This document shows, one piece after another, positions 39,629 to 50,246 of a stretch of 64,000 nucleotides of DNA (its first letter is position 1; each line of letters starts with the position of its first letter). Under the pieces are notes generated by a model. The model did not search any database, was not told where the DNA came from, and saw only the letters and a program-made list of their open reading frames with translations. The stretch covers positions 18,933,846 to 18,997,845 of the forward strand of contig NC_090414.1 of the NCBI RefSeq assembly GCF_036365525.1, in the 5' to 3' direction. The position numbers and the translations under genes are program-made. The DNA comes from Heterodontus francisci (taxonomy: Eukaryota).

Positions 39629-41021
39629 CTGTAAAACAGAAAAGAGTTTCACATCAACTGAATTACATCCTATAGTATTCAAGTGGCTTTCACTTGCACA
39701 ACAATCGTGTAAAACTCTTGATATTTAGGAACAGGAGGTGGGGGCCATTCAGCCCCTCCAGACTGTTCCACCATTCAGTTAGATTTTGCCCAATCCTCAC
39801 CTCAGCCCAACTTTGTCCCATATCACTCAATAGCCGTACCCAACAAAAATGTATCAATCTCAGTCTCGACAGCTCCAGCCGTTTCCATAGCATCCACCGC
39901 CTTTTTGCAGGGGCCGGCAGTGGGGGGGGGGGGGGTGCGGTGCTTGGGGCCAGGGGGAGGTGAATAAGTTAATTCTGATTTCACTCCTGAACAGCCTGGC
40001 TCGAATTTTTAAGGTTTTGCCCCCTAGTTCGAGATTGCCCCACACCAGAGGAAGTAGTTTCTCTGTGCCGACCGTACCAAATCCCTTTATCATTTTAAAG
40101 ACCTCAATTGTATCACTCTTCAATTGATTAGGTCTGATACAGACAAAATTAATTCCTGCATTGCTATTAATTTTAATTATATACACAGGTCATATATTTT
40201 ACATACCAGTTAGCCTATTAAGGGAGAACTGCACAACATACGCTACAAATATTAATTTGCATCACCTGAATCTAGCTCCTTGCAAACATGAATTGGACAA
40301 TCTGCTGCGCAGTGATTTGCTCCTGTTTAAATACTGGCTTTCTTGACTGAATCTGAAATCCTAAGGCAGCAACTCACAGCACACACTCCGTGTTGAAATC
40401 ATGGCACAAGTCAACAGTCTCAGTTATATCCACTGTCTAACGGCACTTGACAAAGTACAAGCCAGTAGACCATAGGATAACACAGCACAGAAGGCAGCCA
40501 TTCGGCCCATCGAGTCTGTGCTGGCTCTTTCAAAGAGCAATCCAGTTAGTCCCACACCCCCGCAAATTTTTTTCTCCTTCAGATATTTATCCAATTCCCT
40601 TTTGCAGGCTACTATTGAATCTGTCTCCACTGCCCTATCAGACAGCACATTCCAAATCCTAACCACTCATGTTAAAAAATATTTATGTCGCCTCTGGTTC
40701 TTCCATCAATCACCTTAAATCTGTGCCCTTTGATTATTGACACTTCAAACCTCCACATTTTCCCTTCAACCTCTCTGACAGATCTCAAGCAGCGGGCGAA
40801 ATGGACGACCTGCTCCCGATGCCAGTCAGTTGCGATGAGAAAAACTCATGCCTCATAATAATCCCTCATAAGAATCAACTCCAAATGTTGGTTTTATTTG
40901 AATAACGTTCTGAATACTTTGCTAAAGCACTCTCCGGGCTGGCTAGTCAGCCTGGTTGTCAAGCAATCTTTAGGTCAGTCTCAGAGGATCTCCTCAGAAG
41001 TGAGTCAGTATGTATACTTAC

Positions 41022-41063
41022 TCGAGGGCTGCGCCTTGGTGCTGCAATGATAGATTTGGAAAG
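41022..41063 (-). CDS. CDCA5: Sororin exon 4 (LSKSIIAAPRRSPR)
   Basis: tatccag acceptor, gtaagt donor; conserved PRRSPR motif preceding the KEN box. Confidence 0.88.
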
Positions 41064-41394
41064 CTGGATAAGGCAACGAGGGAGAAATTAGGTTAGTGTC
41101 AAGTCGAGGCATTATTTCAATAAACCTATTGAAAAAAACAACAGCAGGCCATTCAGGCAGTCACCCCTCCCCTACAAAAACCCTACACTGTCCACTCCAA
41201 AAGGCAACGGGCAGCCTTCTGATATTTTGCCCGAATGCTCATCACTACTGTGAGTTGGGCAGTACTTTGTTTAAGGCTCCCGGACAGGTTTGGGCATTGC
41301 CCCCCAGTCTTTGCTCAACTTCTCTTAACTCCAAATCCTCCAAGAATTTCCTCTTGCTCCTTACAGTGTGGAAATCCAACACTGACTGCAATGT

Positions 41395-42270
41395 CATAAG
41401 AGCGAAATACCGTGGATGCTGGAACTCTGAAATGAGGCCAGAAAGTGCTGGAAATACTCAGCAGGTCTGGCAGCATCTGCGTACAGAGAAACAGAGTTAA
41501 TGTTTCAGGTCTGTGACCCTTCATCAGAACTGGAAAAAGTTAGAAATGTAACAGTCTTTGAGCAAATGAAAGGCAGGGGGGTGGGGGGGGCGGGGGGGAA
41601 GAAAAAGACATTAAATGACAGATGTCATGGAACAGAATGCAAACGTAGCACTAAACTGGTTGTAGTGAAAGACGAAGCATGAGTCCAGAAAGAGCGCTAA
41701 CAGCAAAGTAATGAACAGCTCCGTACGAAAGCAAGATCATGAAAGAGTTTAAGACTAGCACAGGGTGAAAAAATAAACATAAAAATGGGCTCACGGTTTT
41801 AAATTATTGAATTCAATATTGAGCCCAGAAGGCTGTAGAGTACCTAATTGGAAGATGGAGTGCTGTTTCTCGAGCTCGCGTTGAGCTTCATTGGAACACT
41901 GTGGCAGGCCAAGGACAGAAATGTGGGCGTAAGAGCAGGGTGGTGAATTAAAATGACAAGCAACCTGAAGCTCGGGGTCATGCCTGCAGACTGAGTGGAG
42001 GTGTTCGGCAAAGCGATCACCCAGTCTGCGTTTGGTCTCCCCAATGTCGAGGAGACCGCATAGAGAGCGATGAATACAGTACACTAAATTGAAAGAAGTA
42101 CAAGTAAATCGCTGCTTCGCCTGGGAGGGAGGGTTGGGGCCTTGGATGGTGAGGGGAGAGGAGGTAAAAGGACAGGTATTACATTTCCTCTGATGGAATG
42201 GGAAGATGCAATGGGAAGGGGACGAGGTGTCAGGGTGATAGAGGACTGGACTAGGGTGTTGTGGAGGGAC
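41395..42270 (-). mobile_element. Penelope-like element fragment (GIY-YIG endonuclease C-terminus plus terminal region)
   Basis: ORF 41791..42084 YCIHRSLCGLLDIGETKRRLGDRFAEH...HFN...GTLQPSGLNIEF; hammerhead-type motif at 41495-41531. Confidence 0.88.
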
Positions 42271-42489
42271 TCTACCTCATTTATTCATCCCCAGGTCTCA
42301 AATCTGTGGAAGTTCTCCCCCTCCCTCCTACAATCTTCAGGTTTTTAAAACCCAAGACTGACATTGTCTAATCACTGCTTCCTGATCAACCTCTGCTGCC
42401 CTCAGACTCTGTACTCTTCAAGACTCAGTGGCGTTCTGCACGTGTCTTTCTCTGCTGTTTCTCAATGATTTCACCAAACATTCTTTGAG

Positions 42490-43090
42490 GAGAAAAAAAA
42501 AAGCATATGGGTTACTTGTGTTTATAAATAGACATAGAATATCAAGCAAAAAGACCACACTAGAACTTTATAAATCAGCTGGAGTATTGCGGACAATTCC
42601 ATGTATCGCACTTCAGGAAAAATATAGAGGCCTCGGAAAGGGAATAGAGGAGGTTTACTAGGATATTTCCAGCAATGAGGGACTTCAGTTATGAGCAGAG
42701 ATCTGAAAAGTCAGGACAGTTCTCCTTCGAAGAGAAGAAGAGGTGACCAAAAAGGTTTTGATAGAGAGAAAATCTATTCCCTCGGGGAGTGGGTCAGTAA
42801 CTGGAGGCCAGAGATTTAAAATAATTGGCAAACGATCTAGAGGGGAGATGAGGAGAAATATTTTCACTCAGAATTGTCGGGATCCGGAACGCTCGACTTG
42901 AAAAGATGGCAGAAGCTGATTCGATAATTAATTTAAAGAAAAAAAGAGTTCGATGGGTCCTTCAGGATGAGGAACTTACAGGGGTACAAATAAAGTGGGG
43001 CACTGGGGCGGGGGAAGGTGTGGTATGGGACAAAGCATGACTGCTGTTTTAAAGGGCTAGCACAGACACGATGGCAGAATAGCCACACAA
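42490..43090 (+). mobile_element. Degraded CR1 3' fragment
   Basis: Recognisable CR1 ORF2 C-terminal nucleotide motifs and tail. Confidence 0.7.
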
Positions 43091-43346
43091 GTTTTTGACT
43101 GTTCAAAATAGCTCCATAACTGCACTCTTCACTCGCTTGTCTGCCGTTTCGTTCTGCTGAGAGGAAAGGCTGAACTAGTCTCTCACAAACTGAGGTCCGA
43201 GTCCTACTTTTCGGTTCGGTCGAGGCTCGCCTGAAACCCGCTTTGGTTAAACAGTGAAGGGGGTCAGAGGGAAAAAAAAAATCACATTAGTTCTGAGGCA
43301 GCTGCTCGCTCGCCTCCCAACAGGAATTGGAACATTCGCCACTTAC

Positions 43347-43403
43347 CACGTTTTTCTGGGGTTCGATCTTTTTTAAAACAATTGAACGTTTGGCAACAGG
43401 AAC
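43347..43403 (-). CDS. CDCA5: Sororin exon 3 (VPVAKRSIVLKKIEPQKNV)
   Basis: AG/GT bounded, 57 bp; matches the sororin RKPIVLKRI motif. Confidence 0.85.
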
Positions 43404-43886
43404 CTGTTGAACAATAAAGAACCTGGGTCAGCAGCCAGAGTGCAAGATGAAAGGCTCAGGAAGCCTGTCCCTTTTCACAGACTAAAAGCCAGCCATATCC
43501 CTCAGTCATGTCACACTCCGCAAACACATCCAACACACAAACTGTCTGCTCCATCAGCCTGCCCCAGTCACTTGTTCCACAAGTGTTACCCTTTGGAAAA
43601 AATATTCAGCCTGATCTCCCTTATTGTAAAGATTTTTGACTTATGCACTCTGATATCAACTATTTACCACAGTGAACAAGGTGCCTGGAGCAGTTTTGTT
43701 AATTCTCTTCCTATCGAAACTTTAGTTCAATCATCTCTAAAGTCTCCACTTTCTAAGAAAAAACCCAACTTCAATAACTTAAATTCCGTGTCATCTTCAA
43801 CCCTCGCCTCTGGAGCTCTTTGCAATATTCTTATAATTAGGCAGATGTAACCCAGGAATCACTCCACAAATCACTCCAGTACTCAC

Positions 43887-43951
43887 CGAGCTTTCCTTAT
43901 TCCCTGTCGCTGACAATCGATCAGATTTCCTCCTTGTTGGTGGACATAAAT
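43887..43951 (-). CDS. CDCA5: Sororin exon 2 (DLCPPTRRKSDRLSATGNKESS)
   Basis: tctttag acceptor, gtgagt donor, phase 1 to 0; RRKSDR basic motif like the sororin N-terminus. Confidence 0.75.
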
Positions 43952-44489
43952 CTAAAGAAAAAGAAGAGTTAAAGTAATGATTCTAGCCTCTTGTTGCCTA
44001 AGGAAACAGAATATGCCTCCAGATGACTGGTGTTGTGGGTCAGGTATATTTATACAGGATGGTCCCATTGGCTATAATGGGTTTTCCACACAGCTTATGC
44101 ATTCTGCTCATCCACTTTTACACCACACTTCAGCTCAGTTCCTGATCTAAACGTCATCACTCAATTGTCAGAGAGTCAGTGCTCACTCGAATTGTAAAAA
44201 AGCCAAGCTGCACAGCTGCAAATTTGCACTTCCAAGATTAGGGGGACAGGTCTGTCACTGTATAACACTGGGGAACCCCCTCTCCCACACGCCCCCACCA
44301 TTCAACCCCCCCACCCCCCCGCCTGCATCCTCTTCACACTCCCACCCTCCTCCCCTCCCCTCCCCCCCATCTCCCTCTCCTACTTCACCCCCCAACTTCT
44401 CCTCCTCCCTCTCCATCCCCAACCTCCCCCCACTCCTTCACCACCAACCTCCACCCCCTCCAGGCAGTGGCCAGGGGGGGGAGGGGCAG

Positions 44490-46470
44490 GGGAGCGAGTG
44501 TACCAATATTTACAGGCGGGGGTAGGGGAGCGAGTGTACGAGTGTACCAATGTTCACAGGGGGAGGGGAGCGAGTGTACCAATGTTAACAGGCAAGGGAG
44601 GGGAGCAAGTGTACCAATGTTTGCAGGGGAGGGGAGGGAGTTTACCAATGTTTGCAGGGGAGGGGAGCGAGGGTACCAATGTTCACAGGGGAGGGGAGCG
44701 AGTGTACCAATGTTCACAGGCAGGGGAGGGGAGCGAATGTACCAATGTTTGCAGGGGAGGGAGTTTACCAATGTTAACAAGCGGAGGGGAGCGAGTGTAC
44801 CAACATTTACAGGCAGTGGGGAGGCAGTGTACTCATGTTTACAGGTGGGGAGGTGGGGGTGGGAAGGAAGGGGAGGGAGTGTACCAATGTTTACAGGCAG
44901 GTGTGGGGAGGGAGTGTACCAATGTTTACAGGCGGTGGCGGAGGGGAGGGAGTGTACCAATGTTAACAAGCGGAGGGGAGCGAGTGTACCAACATTTACA
45001 GGCAGTGGGGAGGCAGTGTACTCATGTTTACAGGTGGGGAGGTGGGGGTGGGAAGGAAGGGGAGGGAGTGTACCAATGTTTACAGGCAGGTGTGGGGAGG
45101 GAGTGTACCAATGTTTACAGGCGGCGGCGGAGGGGAGGGAGTGTACCAATGTTAACAAGCGGAGGGGAGCGAGTGTACCAACATTTACAGGCAGTGGGGA
45201 GGCAGTGTACTCATGTTTACAGGTGGGGAGGTGGGGGTGGGAAGGAAGGAAGGGGAGGGAGTGTACCAATGTTTACAGGCGGTGGCAGAGGGGAGGGAGT
45301 GTACCAATGTTTACAGGTTGGGGGGGGAAGGGAGGGAGTGTACCAACATTTACAGGTGGAGAAGGGGTGGGAGGGAGTGTAATGTTTACAGGTGGCAGGG
45401 GGAGGAGAAGGGGAGGGAGTGTACCAATCTATGCAGGGGGGCGAGGGGAGGGAGTGTACCAATGTTTGTGGGGGGGGCGAGGGGAGGGAGTGAGGGAGTG
45501 TACCAATGTTTGCGGGGGGGGGAAGGGGAGGGAGTGAGGGAGTGTACCAATGTTTGCGGGGGGTGAGGGGAGGGAGTGTACCAATGTTTGCGGGAGGGGG
45601 TGCGAGGGGAGGGTGTGTACCAATGTTTGCGGGGGAGGGAGTGTACGAATGTTTGCGGGGGAGGGAGGAGAGGGAGTGTACCAATGTTTGCGGGGGGTGA
45701 GGGGAGGGAGTGTACCAATGTTTGTGGGAGGGAGGTGCGAGGGGAGGGAGTGTACCAATGTTTGCGGGGGGTGAGGGGAGGGAGTGTACCAATGTTTGCG
45801 GGGGGTGAGGGGAGGGAGTGTACCAATGTTTGCGGGGGGTGAGGGGAGGGAGTGTACCAATGTTTGCGGGGGGTGAGGGGAGGGAGTGTACCAATGTTTG
45901 CGGGGGGTGAGGGGAGGGAGTGTACCAATGTTTGCGGGGGGTGAGGGGAGGGAGTGTACCAATGTTTGCGGGAGGGGGTGCGAGGGGAGGGTGTGTACTA
46001 TTGTTTGCGGGGGGTGAGGGGAGGGAGTGTACGAATGTTTGCGGGGGGGGTGCGAGGGGAGGGAGTGTACCAATGTTTGCGGGAGGGTGCGAGGGGAGGG
46101 AGTGTACCAATGTTTGCGGGAGGGTGCGAGGGGAGGGAGTGTACCAATGTTTGCGGGGGGGGGGTGCGAGGGGAGGGAGTGTACCAATGTTTGCGGGAGG
46201 GAGTGTACCAATGTTTGCGGGGGGTGAGTGTACCAATGTTTGCGGGAGGGTGCGAGGGGAGGGAGTGTACCAATGTTTGCGGGGGGGGGGGGTGCGAGGG
46301 GAGGGAGTGTACCAATGTTTGCGGGGGGGGGGTGCGAGGGGAGGGAGTGTACCAATGTTTACGGGCGGGGGGAGAGGAGGGAGTGTACCAATGTTTACGG
46401 GCGGGGGGAGGGGAGGGAGTGTACCAACGTTCGCGGGGGGAGGGGAGCGAGTGTACCAATGTTTACAGGG
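44490..46470 (+). repeat. G-rich minisatellite with GAGTGTACCAATGTTT core (units of roughly 25-45 bp) in CDCA5 intron 1
   Basis: Repeated core motif; 189-bp higher-order triplication (atgttaacaag at 44771, 44960, 45149). Confidence 0.93.
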
Positions 46471-46587
46471 GGTGCAGTGCATGGAGATTGACAGTGGGGC
46501 GGGGGAGATACACAAGCAGCGGGATTGAGCTCGGATGGTCGCAAGTGGATGCAGAGTCCCAGTGGAATGCACTCCCTCCTCACTCAC

Positions 46588-46639
46588 CTTGAGCCCGGGT
46601 CGGGCCCTGACTCCCTCCGCCCGCCTCCTGCTCCTCCAT
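46588..46639 (-). CDS. CDCA5: Sororin exon 1 (MEEQEAGGGSQGPTRAQ)
   Basis: ATG just downstream of the CHR/CCAAT promoter; phase-1 donor AAG|gtgagt. Confidence 0.75.
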
Positions 46640-46679
46640 CTCTCCGCCAGCTGCCGATGGCCACCACCGCGCGCGTACC

Positions 46680-47080
46680 AACAGCAACCGCCTTCAAAAA
46701 AAAATCCGCCGCCACGGCCTCGGATTGGACAAGTGCGAGCGCCTCAATCCTGATTGGATCCCCTTCACCTATGCCCGCCGCCTCGGATTGGACAAGTGCG
46801 AGCGCTTCAATCCTCATTGGCCCTCCCTTCACCCAGGCGCGCCGGCTCTGGTTGGCCGTTTATAAACCAACGGTGGCCGATTGGCTCGTGCTCCACGTTT
46901 CCGCCCCTCACGCTTCCGATTAGCCGTACCTGGAACAGCCCTCGATGCCGATTGGATGGAAGGGCATCAGAATTCCGATTGGGTCAGGGTCAGCGCTCGA
47001 TGTTGATTGGTCAAACCGCTTGTTAATGACGCATTCCGGTTGGTTGGTTGGGAGGCATTGCCCTGCCCATTGGCTGGCGT
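46680..47080 (-). promoter_or_regulatory. CDCA5 promoter: CHR element plus about 9 CCAAT (NF-Y) boxes in a CpG-rich region
   Basis: TTTGAA on the minus strand at 46693-46698; ATTGG on plus at about 46724, 46753, 46787, 46816, 46880, 46951, 46978, 47006, 47069. Confidence 0.8.
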
Positions 47081-47199
47081 GCTGGCCCGACCCCGCACCA
47101 CCCCCCCACCCAACCACGTTATTTAAAGGGCCAGGCGCCCCTTCTTTCCCGCTTTAGACTCAGATAGGGTAAGGGGTAGAGTATGATGGAGAATACCTG

Positions 47200-47877
47200 A
47201 TCTTTCCTGCACGCCCGAAGTCTCGCCCCTTCCGCACAGTGCCCCTGCGGTGGCTGTGGTGGGGAAGAGACGGTTGCCCACCTGCTTCTGGAATGTGTCT
47301 TTGCAAAGCAGGTGTGGAAAGAGATGCAGTGGTTTTTGTCGAGGTTCATCCCAAGCAGCTCTGTAACACAGGAGTCTGTTACCAGGGACGCACACCAAGA
47401 TAAACATCAACTGCTGCTGGAGGACTATCAATTCGGTGAAAGACGCCCTTTGGTCTGCCCGAAACTTGCTGGTTTTCCAGCGCAAAGAGTTGTCCACGAC
47501 CGAATGTTGCAGACTGGCACATTCCAAGGTCCAGGACTACGTGCTGAGGGACGCACTAAAGCTCGGGGCAGCCGCAGCAAAGGCTCAATGGGGAAAGACC
47601 ACAGTGTAAGGTCCCCCCACCAAGCTGAACCGAGGGGCTGGATCTATGGGAAACCCCTCGAACTGTATTGGGAAAAATTTCATTTGCTGTAAAATGTAAA
47701 AATGGAATTGGCATGACAAATGTGAAATGGAAGGGTTGTGAGACAACTCATGATTGTAATGAAGCAAACGGACCTCCTTTGCACTGTTTGTATTTTTTGA
47801 CTTGGTGCTGTTTGAAACTGGTAATGTAATTTTTACAGATTTTTATGAATAAAGAATATTTTGGAATTTAAAAAAAA
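47200..47877 (+). mobile_element. 5'-truncated L1/Tx1-type LINE 3' end
   Basis: Zinc-knuckle-type ETVAHLLLECVFAKQVW coding sequence, AATAAA plus A-tail, 17-bp TSD atgatg(g/a)agaatacctg at 47183 and 47878. Confidence 0.82.
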
Positions 47878-47899
47878 ATGATGAAGAATACCTGCCTTG

Positions 47900-48390
47900 T
47901 ATCTGGTGTTGGTCTTTTCACCTAAGAAAGAATATATATGCCTGGACGGGTGGAATGCAACTGACCTATGAGTAGAGATTGAGTAGTCTGGGCCAGCTTC
48001 CCTGGAGTTTAGTCAAATGAGAGGTGATCTCATCTAAAAGAATTAGAGAGGTTGAGGGGCTGTTTTCCCCAGTTGGAGAGTCTGAACTAGATGGTTATAG
48101 TCTTAGGATAAGGGGTCGGCCATTTAGGGCTGAGGTGAGAAATGCCTTCACTCAGAGGGTTGTGAATGTTTGGAATTCCCTACCTCAGAGGGCTGCGGAT
48201 GCTCAGTCATTGAGCATATTCAAGATGGAGAGCAATAGATTTTTTGGGGGGGGGGGGCCTTAAGGAAATCAAGGGATTGGATGGGAAAGTGGAGTTGAAG
48301 TCAAAGATCTGCCATGATCTTAATGAATGGCGGAGCAGGCTTGAGGGAACCCCCATAACCTACTCCTACTCCTGTGTCTTGCGTTCAGGT
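47900..48390 (+). mobile_element. Degraded CR1 3' fragment
   Basis: AFTQRVVNVWNSLPQRA in ORF 48024..48263. Confidence 0.75.
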
Positions 48391-49994
48391 GGATGTTAAA
48401 GATCCCACAGTGCTGCAAGAAGCAACATAGGAATTTCTCCAGGTGTCCTAGCTAACACTTTTCTCTCAGCAAACACCAGGAAACACAGAATCAGAGGGCG
48501 CTTGTCCTCACTGCTGATTGTGGGATCTTGCTGTACTCGGATTGGGCAACTGCATTTGCCTGCACAATAAGTGACAGCACTTCAAAAGTGATAGATCACT
48601 TGTGAAGTGGTCTGGGTTATCAAGGATGTGAACCAGCTGCTTTATGAATTCCAATTCTTTCCTTCCTGCCATCAGTAAATCAAATATGAGGAATCATATG
48701 CCCTATCCCTGTAGAGTGGGGAAAAAGGGAGCAATACAATCTGAAATCGCGATATATTAATGCTTCCAGTTTCATCAAAACCAAGGTATGCTGCAGTGTC
48801 CTACATTTTCTGCCCGTACATCTCTCTCTTGTATGTCCCTCATTCATATTTCTCCTTTCTTCTCTGTTTCTGTCTCTCTGTCTGCTTTCTTTTTAATTTT
48901 TCTCTGCCTCTTTTCCTCTCGCTGTCAAAAAGCCTTGACCTCAAACAGTATTTCTCTACAGCTGTCCATCTGAATGCAGGTGATCCTGAAATCTCTGCTA
49001 TAGATCAAGGAACTTGCTTTGGCCTGATTTAACGTTCAGCATTTTCTCTCAGTTTACAACTCCTTTACTACAGTGCAATGTGGTCGAAATGATGATGATT
49101 ATCAGAGAGTGTTACACCCTGATGAAATACAAATATGAAACTTTGATTCCTCTTTGCAGATGCAGAGAGAGTAGCTTGTTTGGACTCATGATGACCAGAG
49201 TTGATAACAGGTCATTGACCTGAAACATTAACTGTCCGTTTTCCTCTCTCTCCACATATGATGTTTGAACTGATGGAGTGTTTCCTGTATTTTCTGGTTT
49301 TATTCCAGATTTTATTCCTAAAATTATATGCATGATGTGGGCGACTCTGGCAAAACCAGCATTTATTGCCCAACTCTAGTTGCCCTGAGATGGTCATGGG
49401 GCTTCTCCTTGAACTACTGAAGTCCGTACAGTGAAGGTGCTCCGATAGTGCTATTAGGTCACGGGTTCAAGGTCATTGCTCAGCAATGATGAAGGAACAG
49501 CCATTTATATTTATAAGGCACCTGTAATGTCATAAAATATCCCAAGGTGTGTAATAAAGTGAAACTTGACACAGAGCCACATAAGGAGCAATTAGGACAG
49601 GTGACCAAAAGTTTGATTAAAGAGCAAGGTTTTAAGGAGCTTCTTGAAGGAGGAAAGCCAGATGGCGGTGTAAGGAGGGTAGTCCAGAGCTTGGGGCCTA
49701 GGCAACTGAAGGCACGGCTGCCAATGGTGGAGCGATTAAAATTGGGGATGCCCAGAATTGGAGCAGCGCAGAGATCTCGGAGGGATGCCGGGCTGGAGGA
49801 AGTTACAGTGAGGCCATGGATGGGTTTTCAAAGCAAGGATGAGAATATTAATAAAGGAATGAACAACCCTGACATTGCTGCCATTGTCCACCTGAATGGG
49901 AGAGAAGGTTTTATTGGTTTGGAGTGTCACAGTGAGGATTTGCTGCAGCCTGGGTTGAGGGGAGGAGAGTAGGAACCATTGTTTGGGGCTCCTT

Positions 49995-50144
49995 GTTCTG
50001 CCGGAAGCACGGAGGCGGACGGGCCGGTGACGTCATCAATCCGCGCCGGGACCCGGAAGAGACGTGGCAACGGCCGAGTGATCGGAAGAGGCGGCGGAGG
50101 CAGAGTGGGTGAGGCCTTGGAGCTCCAGTCTTCGGCCGGCGGCC
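49995..50144 (+). promoter_or_regulatory. ZFPL1 CpG-rich promoter with ETS (CCGGAAG) and CRE (TGACGTCA) motifs
   Basis: ccggaag at 50001 and 50053, tgacgtca at 50028-50035, immediately upstream of the ATG. Confidence 0.7.
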
Positions 50145-50246
50145 ATGGGTCTGTGTAAATGCCCCAAGCGCCGGGTGACCACCCTCTTTTGCTATGAACA
50201 CCGAGTCAATGTGTGTGAGCACTGCCTCATCTCCCGGCACTACAAG
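50145..50246 (+). CDS. ZFPL1: Zinc finger protein-like 1, first coding exon ([34 protein letters not shown])
   Basis: Kozak gccATGg, diagnostic ZFPL1 N-terminal zinc domain, donor AAG|gtagga; divergent from CDCA5 as in human. Confidence 0.95.

Noticed and set aside
43130-43245. Extra CDCA5 exon
   Set aside because: Candidate acceptors lead to stops or only weak donors, and exons 3 and 4 already join in frame.
44385-46592. Pro- or Gly-rich ORFs of 200-456 aa
   Set aside because: Translations of an intronic minisatellite, open in many frames.
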